DNA of 64,000 bases from Azolla caroliniana (Eukaryota; Plantae; Polypodiophyta), in the NCBI GenBank assembly GCA_043228905.1, contig JBHGNT010000004.1, positions 3,534,001 through 3,598,000 of the forward strand, in the 5' to 3' direction. The notes beneath the pieces are model-generated. The model saw only the letters and a list, made by a program, of their open reading frames with translations. It was not told where the DNA came from and searched no databases. The stretch's first letter is position 1, and every line of letters starts with the position of its first letter. A program made the translations under genes and the position numbers. Shown piece by piece: positions 24,603 to 35,507 of this stretch.

Positions 24603-26669
24603 AAAATCCTCTTGGTTCTCGCCACCGAGGGACTCGCGGTTTCGCTCGTGGTTCGGTCGCACCGTCAGGAACTGGACCGAATGACGCCCGTCCTGACTCT
24701 TGACCCTTGCGTAAGCCGACCCGTTGTCCAGCACCTTGGTCTCCATTCGCGCTGCCGTAATGTACGGCTCTCCCAGTATGACCGGGTGCGAGGACGTCTC
24801 CTGCACAAAGAAGTGCTGGTCTATCTCGACGTCGCCGATCTTGACTCGCATGTTTGGGCAGACCCCGTGTAGTTCCTCGAAGGCGCGCGTCGCCGCCCGT
24901 ATCTTCCACCCGTGCTTAGTGTTGATCGGCCATTTCCCCTTCTTGTAGAAGTCCATGGACATCAGGTTTATTTCCGAACCGTGGTCCACCAGCGCCACCA
25001 CCGGTTCCTGAACATCTCCTATCTTCACCGGGGTTTCCGTGGTCGCTCGGGCCCAGTGTGGCCTCAAATAGTGGCTCTCCGCCCACTCGTCTTCCAGCGC
25101 CATGTCCTCTATGTGCGCCGTCCGCACCTCCACCGGCCTTTCCGGTTCTGCCTCCGTCGACAGCCTCTTCCTCTTCACCAAGTCCACGATGGAGTCGTGG
25201 AACTCCTTCTTGGCGATCCCGAGCACCTCCCGCAATGACAGTTCCACTTTGCTGTCGAGGATTCGTTCTTCCAGGACCTTTCGTAGGTCCGTGGTCCTTT
25301 CGATCTCCGTGCCCAAACGGTATCCGCCCTTCTTGTGGTTATCCCGGGCACTGGACTCACCGGCCTCGTTCCGTTTCGGCCCGAATTGGGTTTCGTATCT
25401 CTGTGAGGGTCCGGCCCCTCCAGTTTTACCTACCCGTTTGTCTTCAACCGGAGCCTCGTAGTTCTGGCAAGCTGCTTCGACGAAACCCGTCTTTTCTTCG
25501 ACCGGGTCACTCCACCCGGTCACCTCCTGGACCCGCTTCTCCGCGCAGTCCGCCTCGTCTCTCTTTAGTCGGGCACCGACAAGGCCTTCCAGCACCGTCG
25601 GCCAGAACCCGGCTTTGCTCTCCTTCCGGGCCTCGCTGCCTCCGACCCGAATACCGGCTGACGCTGAGTAGTGGATGGTCTCCGCGTGCCGGGCTACCGC
25701 CTCTTCCATCAGCCTTTTCATTCCTCCTCGCCCATCGTTTCGGTTCAGGGCCCTCCGGGTATCGCTGGCGTGCACCCGACCTTCCCACAGGTACACTACC
25801 CGGCTTCTCAAAGCCTCCGTAAAGTCCCCGCAGTCTTTCCGGATGTGGCCGACCTCGTCGCACCACATGCACCTACTTCCTGCCGGAGGCCGTCGGTCAC
25901 GAGCTTGATCGCCGCCTTCCCTCCGAGCCTGGGCGATCTGGAGATCCTTTACCGCTCGTGTCAACTCCTCCAAAGCTGTTCCCCCGGACGAGCCTCTCAC
26001 CACGCCGGTCGAATCCGAACCGGTTTCGAGCCACTCCCGGGTCTCTTCCCTTCGCGCCTACGGTATCGGTTCGAGCTTCCTTGCTGCGACAGGTCCCGCC
26101 CCGGTCGCCTCTGTATCAGCCCACTCTCACCATTTGTCAAAACGGCCGCAGACTCTTTTTACCACGGCCCAGTCGGCCGTCAGCCCGTCTTCGGTTTCCA
26201 GTAAGGAGCCCACTTGCCCCCGATCCCGTGCATCAACCGATTTGACAAACAGTAGGACATGACTTGTGTCTAGAACGGTCCGATCGAGCACCGAAAGGCG
26301 CGCAAAGCGTTCCTCAAACTCCCGGAGGAGTACCGACGCATTTCTTCCTTTGTTGGGGGACTCCACCCACTCCCTGAAGCCTCGCTTCGAAAGTCGAAGC
26401 GCGTCATCCAGCCCGTATTTCTCCAGGACTCGTCCTTCGAACTCCTCCCAGGTCCGGCTCTCTGCCCGGACTTCGAGCACCTCCGCATGGATGCCGGGCA
26501 TCGCCACTCGAGGGAATCCGGCAAGACGCCTCTCTTCCGGAATATCCCTCATCAACATCTCCGCCCGGTGGGACGCCAAATAACTCGTGGCATCCTTTCC
26601 ACTGAACTGGCCAATCATACCGACAATCGCCTCAATAGCCCTGTCAAGGGCGCCGGTGCCCTCGCGTGC
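24600..26669 (-). pseudogene. Gypsy B gag-protease (N-terminal codons lie at 31230-31295, beyond insertion C)
   Basis: GQFSGKDATSYL; zinc knuckle CMWCDEVGHIRKDC; protease VALVDHGSEINLM...VILGEPY; one internal stop near 26127. Confidence 0.88.
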
Positions 26670-29600
26670 TCTCGTGAAGATTTTCGTCCACAAGCGGAAA
26701 CCCGAGCAACGAGAGCCAAAGAGCAATGTGCAACGTTGCACACGTACATAATGTATTTGTAATAGTAATAAAGGTATAAAGGTGATGTGGTTGTACGCAC
26801 ATCCACGCGCGCGAGAGAGAGAGAGAGAGGTACTATGCGGTACATAGGTACCTAGTTGTTTGTGAGGAGGTGGGAGTTAAGGGGCCATCAATCTCACCCT
26901 CCCCCAAATCAAGGCAAATATCCCTTTTGAATGGAAGGGGATATTTTAGTCTCACCTTTTGTAAGCGGTCTTCTCTCCTTGTGCTATAAAAGGAGAGAGA
27001 AGGCACCATTGTGGGGGTTGCCTATTTTGAGTGTGCGAGGTATACCACGTAGGGTTAGGGTTAGGGTTTAGAGTAGTCGTTTGGTGCGGCCATGGCAGCC
27101 ACCATTTGTTGTAATCATTCATTTCTTAATAGAACTTCTTGTTGGGTATCTTGATTGCATCTTCTTCTTCTATCATAATATCATATTCGTTCTCTTCTCC
27201 TCTTGAGCTAATCTTTCTCCTCCACTCCCTAGTCCAAGACCCCCGTGGTCCCGCCCTTCTACACGCACGCGCGTAATAACGCAACATATTTGGTGAACCC
27301 GACGTGAAGGGCGGCAAGGGAGCATGGAGATGGAAGAAGACTTCGACTTCGAGGAGATGATGGCAAAAATCGTGATGGAAGCCGGACGGAAGATGGCGAA
27401 GAGAGATGCGGCTCAACAAGCCGTTGAAAGGATGGTCGATCGAGTCGGCCGGTTCAATGGGAATGAGGTCCCAAGAATTTTGGGAGCCTACAAGGCCGAG
27501 ATGGCGAAAGGGGGCGTAGACGAGGCGATGCGGCTAGATTATTTTCCTTGAGTGGCGGCCGTATCGGTGCACAAGGAGGTCAAGGAGCTACGAGAAGCTC
27601 ATGAGTCGTGGGTGTCCTTTGAGGGAGCCCTATTGGAGGCGTACGGGTACACGGAACCGGAAGGAAGAGGTCGACATGAGTTCAATCGGTGGGTGTGCCG
27701 GCAACATGATGCGAGGCGGTCGGCCACAACATGGCCTGCGAGCGGCGGAGAAGAGAGAGCGGTGAGTGGGTACGCACTACCGCCGGAAGAGAGCTCAACG
27801 CAAAACGGTTCGGAGGAGCTCGACCTAGAGGTGCTAATACGGGAGGCGTGCGAGCTTGTGAAGGCGAAAATCGGAGCCGAAGAAGGGCTTGTTATGGAGA
27901 CGGGCCGGAGGCGATCGGAGGATGCGGAGGAAGAAGCCTCCCTAGACGTAGAAGACAGGGCCAATACGGAGGCCGGGAGAGCGTACGATGGTGACATGGG
28001 AGAGGGTAACTACGGATTCGGGACATGGTGGCCCAAAACATCGAGGGAGGAGGAGACAAGCGGCGGTGCCGCGACCTTACACACAACGGCCCTAGAGGCA
28101 CCGAAGGTCGGCCCGATTGCCGGCGTGAGACCTAGAGCGACGGGCGGTGGCGGCGGCAAGGCGGGCAACCGAGACAACGGTATGGAGACCGTGGAAGAGG
28201 AGGCGGCAAGCGTAATTGATGCTTGCATATACGGAGGCGGGGTGGCCACGGACGACGATGTCCGAATGGAGGTGGCTACGGGCATAGCATCGACGAGCGG
28301 CGGCGTTGCTACCTTACACGCACCGGTTCAAGAGACCCCGACGGCCGGCTCGAGTGGCCGCGTGAGACTTAGGGTAATGAACGGTGGCGGCGACAAGGCG
28401 GACAACCACGGCGACGATGTGGGAGAGGGTGCAGAGCGAGCGACCCTCTCGACTTGTGGAAAGAGGACGGCCATGGATGAGGCCGATATCTACGGAGCAA
28501 TGGACGCCACTTCGAGAGTGGGCGAAGGTTTCGGGATGCGGTTGCCCGAAACATTCTACGAGGATTTCGCGAGCATACTTGAGGCTTGCGAAATCGAGGA
28601 AGAAGAGGAGACGAGCGGCGGTGCCGCGACCTTCCACACACCGGTCCTAGAGACTCCGGCAACCGGCCCGAGAGCCGGTGTGAGACCTAGAGAGACGGAC
28701 GGTGGCGGCGGCAAGGCGGGCAACCGAAATGACGAAGAGGAGGTTTGTAGCGGACGGAGGCGAGATCCCTCGACACCGGGGCCGGAGACTTAGGCGGTTG
28801 CGTCCGAGCGCGGACATAAGACCGGGGAGATGGGCGGTGGCCGTGAGGATGAGAGGCCCGGAGTGGGCACGTGCGAAAAGACCGAAGGAGAGGTCCGGAG
28901 CGGCATCGAGGAGCGAGTCGGGAACCGACCCGACCGAAAGATGAGCTGGTCGGTAATCTGACCCGACCGGGAGGCGGAGCGGAAGAAGAGTGAAGAGGGG
29001 GCCGGTCAACCGGGCACGAACCGAAGGAAGCCGGCAAGACCAGGATTGTTTGATCGATTCGTAGCCGGCCGGGTACGGTTACGGTGGGAGCCGGTGAGAG
29101 CGAGAAGGAGGCCTAGTGGGCACGGTGATCACGGCTTGCTAGAAGACCGAGAGCGAGAGGGACCTTCCACACCCATTCTAGAGACTTCGGCGGTTGCGGA
29201 TCAACGTGAGACCGGAGAGATGGCGGGTGGTGGCGAGGAGTCGGAGGCCGAAGCGGACAAAGTTATCGGAGCGGGTATCCGGTATGAGATGATGGACGAG
29301 CGGGTCCAAGATGGCGAGCTCAGGTCGGAACGGGCTACGGTGACAAAGGAAGAAGGGCGTAACACGAAGCATGCACTACGGTCGGTGAAGGGCCCAAGAA
29401 CGAGCATGCATCCGAGAGAGCGTCAACGAGTGACCGGAAACAGTGGACCGATTGAGCCTTTGAGAGGCGAGGACTCGGTGGTGAACCGAGAGTGGGAGGA
29501 ACCCTCGACACCTACCCGTGAGGCATCGGCGGTCACGGATCAAAAGGAGAACGAAGAAGCAGTGGGTGGCGGCGAGGAGTTGGAGACCGACGCGGAGGTC

Positions 29601-31229
29601 GGGTCTACGGCGAAAGCACGACACGAGACGCATGCAATACGGTCGGTGGAAGGCCAAGACACAAGCATGCATACGGCGGATGGGCGACAACGATTGACCG
29701 ACGATGACGGCCGGGTCAAGCCTTCGAGAGGCAAGCGCGGGACGAAGGACGGCGCGGCGAAACACCAAGATCGACGGCATGGGCCGAGCGCGATCGGCAT
29801 GAGCAGAGAGTCGTATCTAGGAAAACGAAGGAGATGCGCGGAGAACAACGGGGTACACACCGGGAAGAGAAAGCGTGGCGGCTTCCCGGAGGGCATACAA
29901 GGCCAAGCGAGCCAAGAGGGCACAAGTCGAGGTGAGGCGATAACGAGAGCCTCGAGGGACACCGACACAGAGGTCGGGATGACGATACACTCTACTACGA
30001 GAGAGCACGGCGAAAAAGGGGAAATTGAAAAACGCGTGATGGGGTCATCGAAGGACCGAAGCACGAGCACGCGTTCGGAGGGCAACATCGACATACGGGG
30101 AAACCCTATGGAAGGCAAGCGCGGAGCGGAGAGAGTCGGCACGCCGAGGTGTGCGGCACGCAAAGGGCGGAATCTGGCATGCGACCGGGAGCGCATCCGG
30201 AGGATATACGAGGCGGACAAAGGAAGAGCAACTGGGTCGGCGACGGCGTTCGGGAGGACCGAACGGGGAGGATAGCATGGGCATCGGATACGGCGGGTCG
30301 GATGTAGTCGGTGGTTCAAGGACCCACGGTGGACGTGGCGGATCGGGTGGAGGCAACGACTCGGCGAACATCGTCGAGTGTGGCGGATTGGATGGCGCCG
30401 ACGGTTCAAGACCATTCGGCGAGGATGGTGGGCCGGAAGGCGGCGGTCGTTCGTGTGGATGGGGTGGTCTTGCTCGAAGTGGAAGACAAAGCCGGGCGGG
30501 CCCACGAGGATGCTAAGGACTCGGTCGGTCGTCGTGGCCAAAAATCTCGTGTTCTCTCCCCTTTGTTTTGGCACATACCGGAGGATGTGCGGTTAGGTGG
30601 GGGTGGATTTTCGTCCACAATCGGAAACCTGAGCAACGAGAGCCAAAGAGCAATGTGCAACGTTGCACACGTACATAATGTATTTGTAATAGTAATAAAG
30701 GTATAAAGGTGATGTGGTTGTACGCACATCCACGCGCGAGAGAGAGAGAGAGAGAGAGAGGTACTATGCGGTACATAGGTACCTAGTTGTTTGTGAGGAG
30801 GTGGGAGTTAAGGGGCCATCAATCTCACCCTCCCCCAAATCAAGGCAAATATCCCTTTTGAATGGAAGGGGATATTATAGTCTCACCTTTTGTAAGCGGT
30901 CTTCCCTCCTTGTGTTATAAAAGGAGAGAGAAGGCACCATTGTGGGGGTTGCCTATTTTGAGTGTGCGAGGTATACCACGTAGGTCGAGCGTTAGGGTTA
31001 GGGTTAGGGTTTCGAGTAGTCGTTTGGTGCGGCCATGGCGGCCACCATTTGTTGTAATCATTCATTTCTTAATAGAACTTCTTGTTGGGTATCTTGATTG
31101 CATCTTCTTCTTCTATCATAATATCATATTCGTTCTCTTCTCCTCTTGAGCTAATCTTTCTCCTCCACTCCCTAGTCCAAGACCCCCGTGGTCCCGCCCT
31201 TCTACACGCACGCGCGTAATAACGCGACA
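26670..31229 (+). mobile_element. Non-autonomous Gypsy-family element C (gag N-terminus plus long acidic low-complexity frame, no pol); LTRs 26670-27286 and about 30607-31229
   Basis: Near-identical LTRs; PBS TGGTGAACCCGACGTGAA at 27291-27308; PPT ggtgggggtgga near 30596. Removing it with a 4-bp TSD (GTGC/ACGC, decayed GCGC) restores host gag V-S-A-R-E in frame. Confidence 0.88.
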
Positions 31230-33840
31230 ACGCGCTCACTATCCGGTCCACGGCCGAAGCCATGGCCTCTGCAAGATCCGACCCCCTCATCTCCACTCCT
31301 CTGCCGCCTCTTGACGTCGGGTTCACCAAATATGTCGCGTTACTACGCGCATGCGTGGAGAAATGAGGCGGGACCACCGGGGTCTTGAACCGAAGAGCAG
31401 GTGATAGAAGGGGAAAGAGAAAGAGAGAGACGCCCTGTCACGTATGAGCAAAGAAACACAGGGGCGCGGCCCGTCAACACAAAAGACGCGAATGGACACA
31501 GAGACAGGGAGACACAAGTGTTTGTATATTAACGAATAACAAATACACAACAGAGCACGCGAGCGGTTACAACCGAACAGGCCGGCGAACAGATGTCGAT
31601 GCCTGTTCGTCAGCGTACGAAAGGAGAAAAGGGTGGAGGTGCTGCCGGAAGCACACGGGCGTTCCTCGAAGCAGCGCGAGCCTCCCGAAAACCTGCAGAG
31701 AAGAGCGATGGAGAACGAACAGAGGAGAAGCGTTCGGTTACGGTCCGACAGCACTTCGTCCTCCTTAATGCGCGATCCCTTCTCCCTACGTCTCCCTCTC
31801 CTTTATAGCGTCAAGAAGGGAGCCATCTCCCTCATTTACTTCCTACCTACAGAATCTAACTACCCAGGATATACCTATGTACCTAATTCCCTATTATATA
31901 CATTAAGGGCGCGCACGCGTGAAGAGCCGGTTCACGCGCGCTATGCACCGATTGCGCTAAGGGACGGTTTTCTTCACGACACCGTTTTACGCCCTTGTCC
32001 ATAGCCACCGATTCTTCGTGGTCGGCGGTCGTCTTCTTACTGATCGCGCAAGCCCCGTCTAGGCTTGCTTCTCCAATGGTCGGGATCTCGGGCTGACACG
32101 CCCGAAACCGCTGGTCCCAATGATCCGGTTCCGCGATTTGTATCTCGGCCTCGTCCTTGGCCGTTCTATCTCCGCAAGTCGAGAGGGCGTTTTATTCCGC
32201 ACCCTCTCCCGTGGTATCGTCGTACCGATCTTCTGTCGTCGCGTGGGGCAAGTCCGTCTCCTCGGCCTCGGCTTCCGGCCTCGATCTTCCCTCTTCCTCG
32301 AACATCGCTTTGAGAGCTGCGTACGCCTCCACAATCCTGGCCCCAACGCCGACCCTTGCCGACTCTCTTTGCCGTTCGGCCTCTTCCTGCTGTGATGGCA
32401 CGCCGTCGCGTCCCTTCCTCTTAGCCTTCTCGGCTCGCTCATCATCTAGCCGTTGGCACACCCTTCCGACCTTCAACCAGTCCTCCGTAAGCCCATTCGC
32501 TCCATCATCGACTTCGAGCTCAATCCCGATGGCCTCCCATTCCGCTCGGTCGATCGACCGAACGAACAATAGGACCTTGTCCGCCCCCACCAAACCTTGT
32601 TCCCGCTCTGGGAGCCGAGGAAGCTGTCGTTCGAACTCCTAGAACGCCTTCGTCGCGCCCCGGTGGGTCTTTGCCGATGCTACCCACTGGTCGAAGTCGT
32701 GTCGTCCCCGGCTCTTCCGCCGTCCTCCGTATGCCTTCAGGAGCGCCTCTTCGAAGGCCTCCCACGAACTATGAGCCTCACGGAGCTCCTTTATTTCCGC
32801 ATGCATCCGGACAGCCACGACTCGACAGAAGAACTCCAGCCTCAACGCCTCGTCTACACCACGCTCCTCCATTTCCGCGTTGTAGGCTTCCAAGTAAGGT
32901 GGGACTTTGTCCCCATTGAAACGGCCGACTCTTTCGACCACTCGCTCAACCGCTTGTTGCGCTGCTTCTCGCCTCATCACCAGTCGTGCCGACTCCAACA
33001 CCACTTCGGCCACCATCTCCGCAAGATCGTTGTCTTCCGACTCCATATTCCCTTGCCGCCTTTCACGTCGGGTTCACCAAATATGTCGCGTCGTTACGCG
33101 CGAGCGTGGAGAAAGGGGGGACCACGGGGGTCTTGGACTAGGGGGTCATGGAGCGTAGGAAGTCGTGCTTCACTATTTCTGGGGCATCCCAGAAACACCC
33201 CGGAAGCAACCGAAGGGAGAGAGAGTGTGTGTGTGTGCTTAACACCGACTCACGCACACACACGCGCACACGCGCACACACAGCCCGACCCGACTCACAC
33301 CCTTATGTACAGAAAACGCAGGAAAGGGGAAGCACCCGACACCAACAGAGACGTGGATATACACAGACAGACGCAAATGTATATATATATAAAGAAGAAT
33401 ACATTCCCGGCTTCGAGCCGGACCAAAGTAGGTTACAGTAGTCGTCAGCTGCCAAGCCGCCGGTCGGGGAGCTCACGGGCTCGTCGCGCCGAGCGGGGTC
33501 TTGCGCAGGAGAGGAGCTGAAGCAAACCCTAAGAAAGCACGAAGGGGGAGAAGAAGAAGAAGTAACCCTAAATCTAACGGTATACCCTCTAATGAAAAAT
33601 GGGCAACCCTTTTACAAAGGGCGTTCCCTTCCTTTTATAAAACAAGGAGAGGGATGCGAGACAATGTGGGATAAATCCCGACTTACATGGGATCGTCTGT
33701 CCCGACTTGACTACTCTTCGGCGCCATAAAGGCGCCCTTGTTATTCACACTAAATGTACACGGGTGCGTACACACGCTGCACCCCGCCGATGTAGCCAAT
33801 GTTTCCCGGTTTCCGCCTCTCACCGAAATTCTTCACGACA

Positions 33841-35383
33841 ACGTTCTACCACATCTGGATCCTGCACTACGCACATGTCGCGGAACCCCTCTACGGACTT
33901 TTGAAAAAGGGGCATAGCTTTGAGCAGAGGACGGAGCACACATAGTCGGTCCGGAGACTAAAGGAGGCGCTTACGGTAGCGCCAGCTCTCCGTGAAGTGG
34001 TTTACGGTAAGGGGGTCCCCATCTACGTAACAGGAGGACGAGGACGGTGCACGGTTCCCGATCCGGTTCGGGGCGAAGATATTGAGTGAGCGACAACGAG
34101 GATACGCCCAAGTCAAGCGCAAATTGTGGGGTATCGTTTTGGCAGTCAAGGCCGATAGGGACCACCTGATCGGGACAGAGTTAACGATCGAGACAGACTA
34201 CCTGCCGATACTCGGCATGGTTTCCGGATGTGCGACGCCGGACCTAGCAATGCTCCGGTGGATAGCGTACATTAAGTCCTTGAACCTGGAGATAGAGCAC
34301 ATCTACGGAAAGGATAACGCCATGGCCGACATGCTTTCGAGAGCAATGTTCAACGATGAAGATGGCATGGTTTTGGATGACGAAGAAGTCGGCGAGGACT
34401 TCTTCAAGTCGGCTAATGTGACGACGAGGAAAGGGGACACTCCGGCGCTTAACGAATTTGACGAAAGCAGGTACAACGGGGAGTGGCTCCAAATCGGGAG
34501 GTTCCTACGGGCGATGACGCTGGACGCAGCGTGGACGAGAGAAGAGGCGAGCCGGGTACGGAAGAAGGCGTACCGATTCTTCCTACGGGACGGGTGCATA
34601 TGGAGGCACCCAAAGAAAAGAAACGACATCCCGCTTCGAGTAGTGGCAAAGAAAGAAGAATGGGAGGAACTATTGGCAGCATTACACGAGAGTCCCTGGG
34701 CCGGGCACCGCGGAACGTGGGCCACTTTCGAGAAGCTGAAGGAGAAGTACTGGTGGCCGGGGTTGTACTAGTATGTGCATCGGTTCGTAACGACTTGCAA
34801 AAGCTATCAGATGCACTCCGTAGTCCGACATCGGGATGAGCTACACCCGACTTACCCGCCTACAGTCCATTTCAAGTGGATGGTGGACTTGGTGACGATG
34901 CCGATGCGAGTAGGACAGATGCGATACCTGGTGCTTGCGCGGGAAGACTTAACGAACCAGGTGGAAGATTGTGCACTGCAGAACAAGACAACTGCGGCGG
35001 TATGCTGGTTCCTGATAGAAGAGGTAGTGTGTCGGTACGGGTGCGTCGGGAGGATCGTGGCTCACCGGGGAGAGCTGGATGCGCGAGAAGCTAAGGAGTT
35101 GTTCGACCGGCTAGGGGTCAAACTCTCCCTCACTACAGCGTACAATCCGGAGGCAAACGGGAAGGTAGAACGTGGGCACGGGCCGATCGTAAAGGCGTTG
35201 GTGCGTGCATGCGTAGGGCAGGTCGGGAATTGGCCGCGGCTCCTTCCTTACGCACTATGGGTGACAGGGTTTATGCCGGTAGAGCTGATCTACGGACAGA
35301 AGCCGATGATGCCGGTGGAACGGACAGTTTCTTCATGGGCGGTGGTAGATTGGAAGGACGAGATGAGCCGGGAGGAGTCCTAG
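33841..35383 (+). pseudogene. Fragment of another Gypsy (F) of the same family: RT end, RNase H, integrase
   Basis: TFYHIWILHYAHVAEPLYGLLKK, YAQVKRKLWG, HESPWAGHRG, AREDLTNQVE, YNPEANGKVERGH; both ends truncated. Confidence 0.9.
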
Positions 35384-35384
35384 T

Positions 35385-35507
35385 ATTTACATCAACCGAC
35401 CTAATTATGAATTATGTCCACAATATCAATTCTCGCGTCCACCTATGTGAGCGCCGTTCATGCTCCTTTTTCTCTAATTCCGCCTATGGCCGGTTTTCTT
35501 CACGACA
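35385..35507 (-). mobile_element. Terminal fragment of a Gypsy-family LTR
   Basis: Ends cggttttcttcacgaca exactly like LTR B. Confidence 0.6.

Larger units (their letters stand above)
14939..31981 (-). mobile_element. Full-length Ty3/Gypsy element B (gag-PR / RT-RH-INT); 3' LTR 14939-15587, 5' LTR 31333-31981; interrupted by a Copia and by element C
   Basis: Near-identical 649-bp LTRs; 4-bp TSD CCGT (14935-14938, 31982-31985); PPT at 15588; tRNA-Trp PBS 31311-31328; coding domains on the minus strand. Confidence 0.93.
11670..33840 (-). mobile_element. Gypsy-family non-autonomous element A (gag remnant only); 3' LTR 11670-12456, 5' LTR 33084-33840; interrupted by element B
   Basis: LTRs read TGTCGCG...CACGACA on +; PPT (tccgcccccacc on +) at 12457; tRNA-Trp PBS 33062-33079; gag remnants 32192-33046 (VGRFNGDKVPPYLEAY). 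The two LTRs are visibly diverged and the flanks are ACGG vs ACGT, so it is probably a recombinant. Confidence 0.8.

Noticed and set aside
27291-27308. Perfect match to a tRNA-Trp 3' end (also 31311, 33062, 60010)
   Set aside because: Only 18 nt and adjacent to LTRs: primer-binding sites, not tRNA genes.
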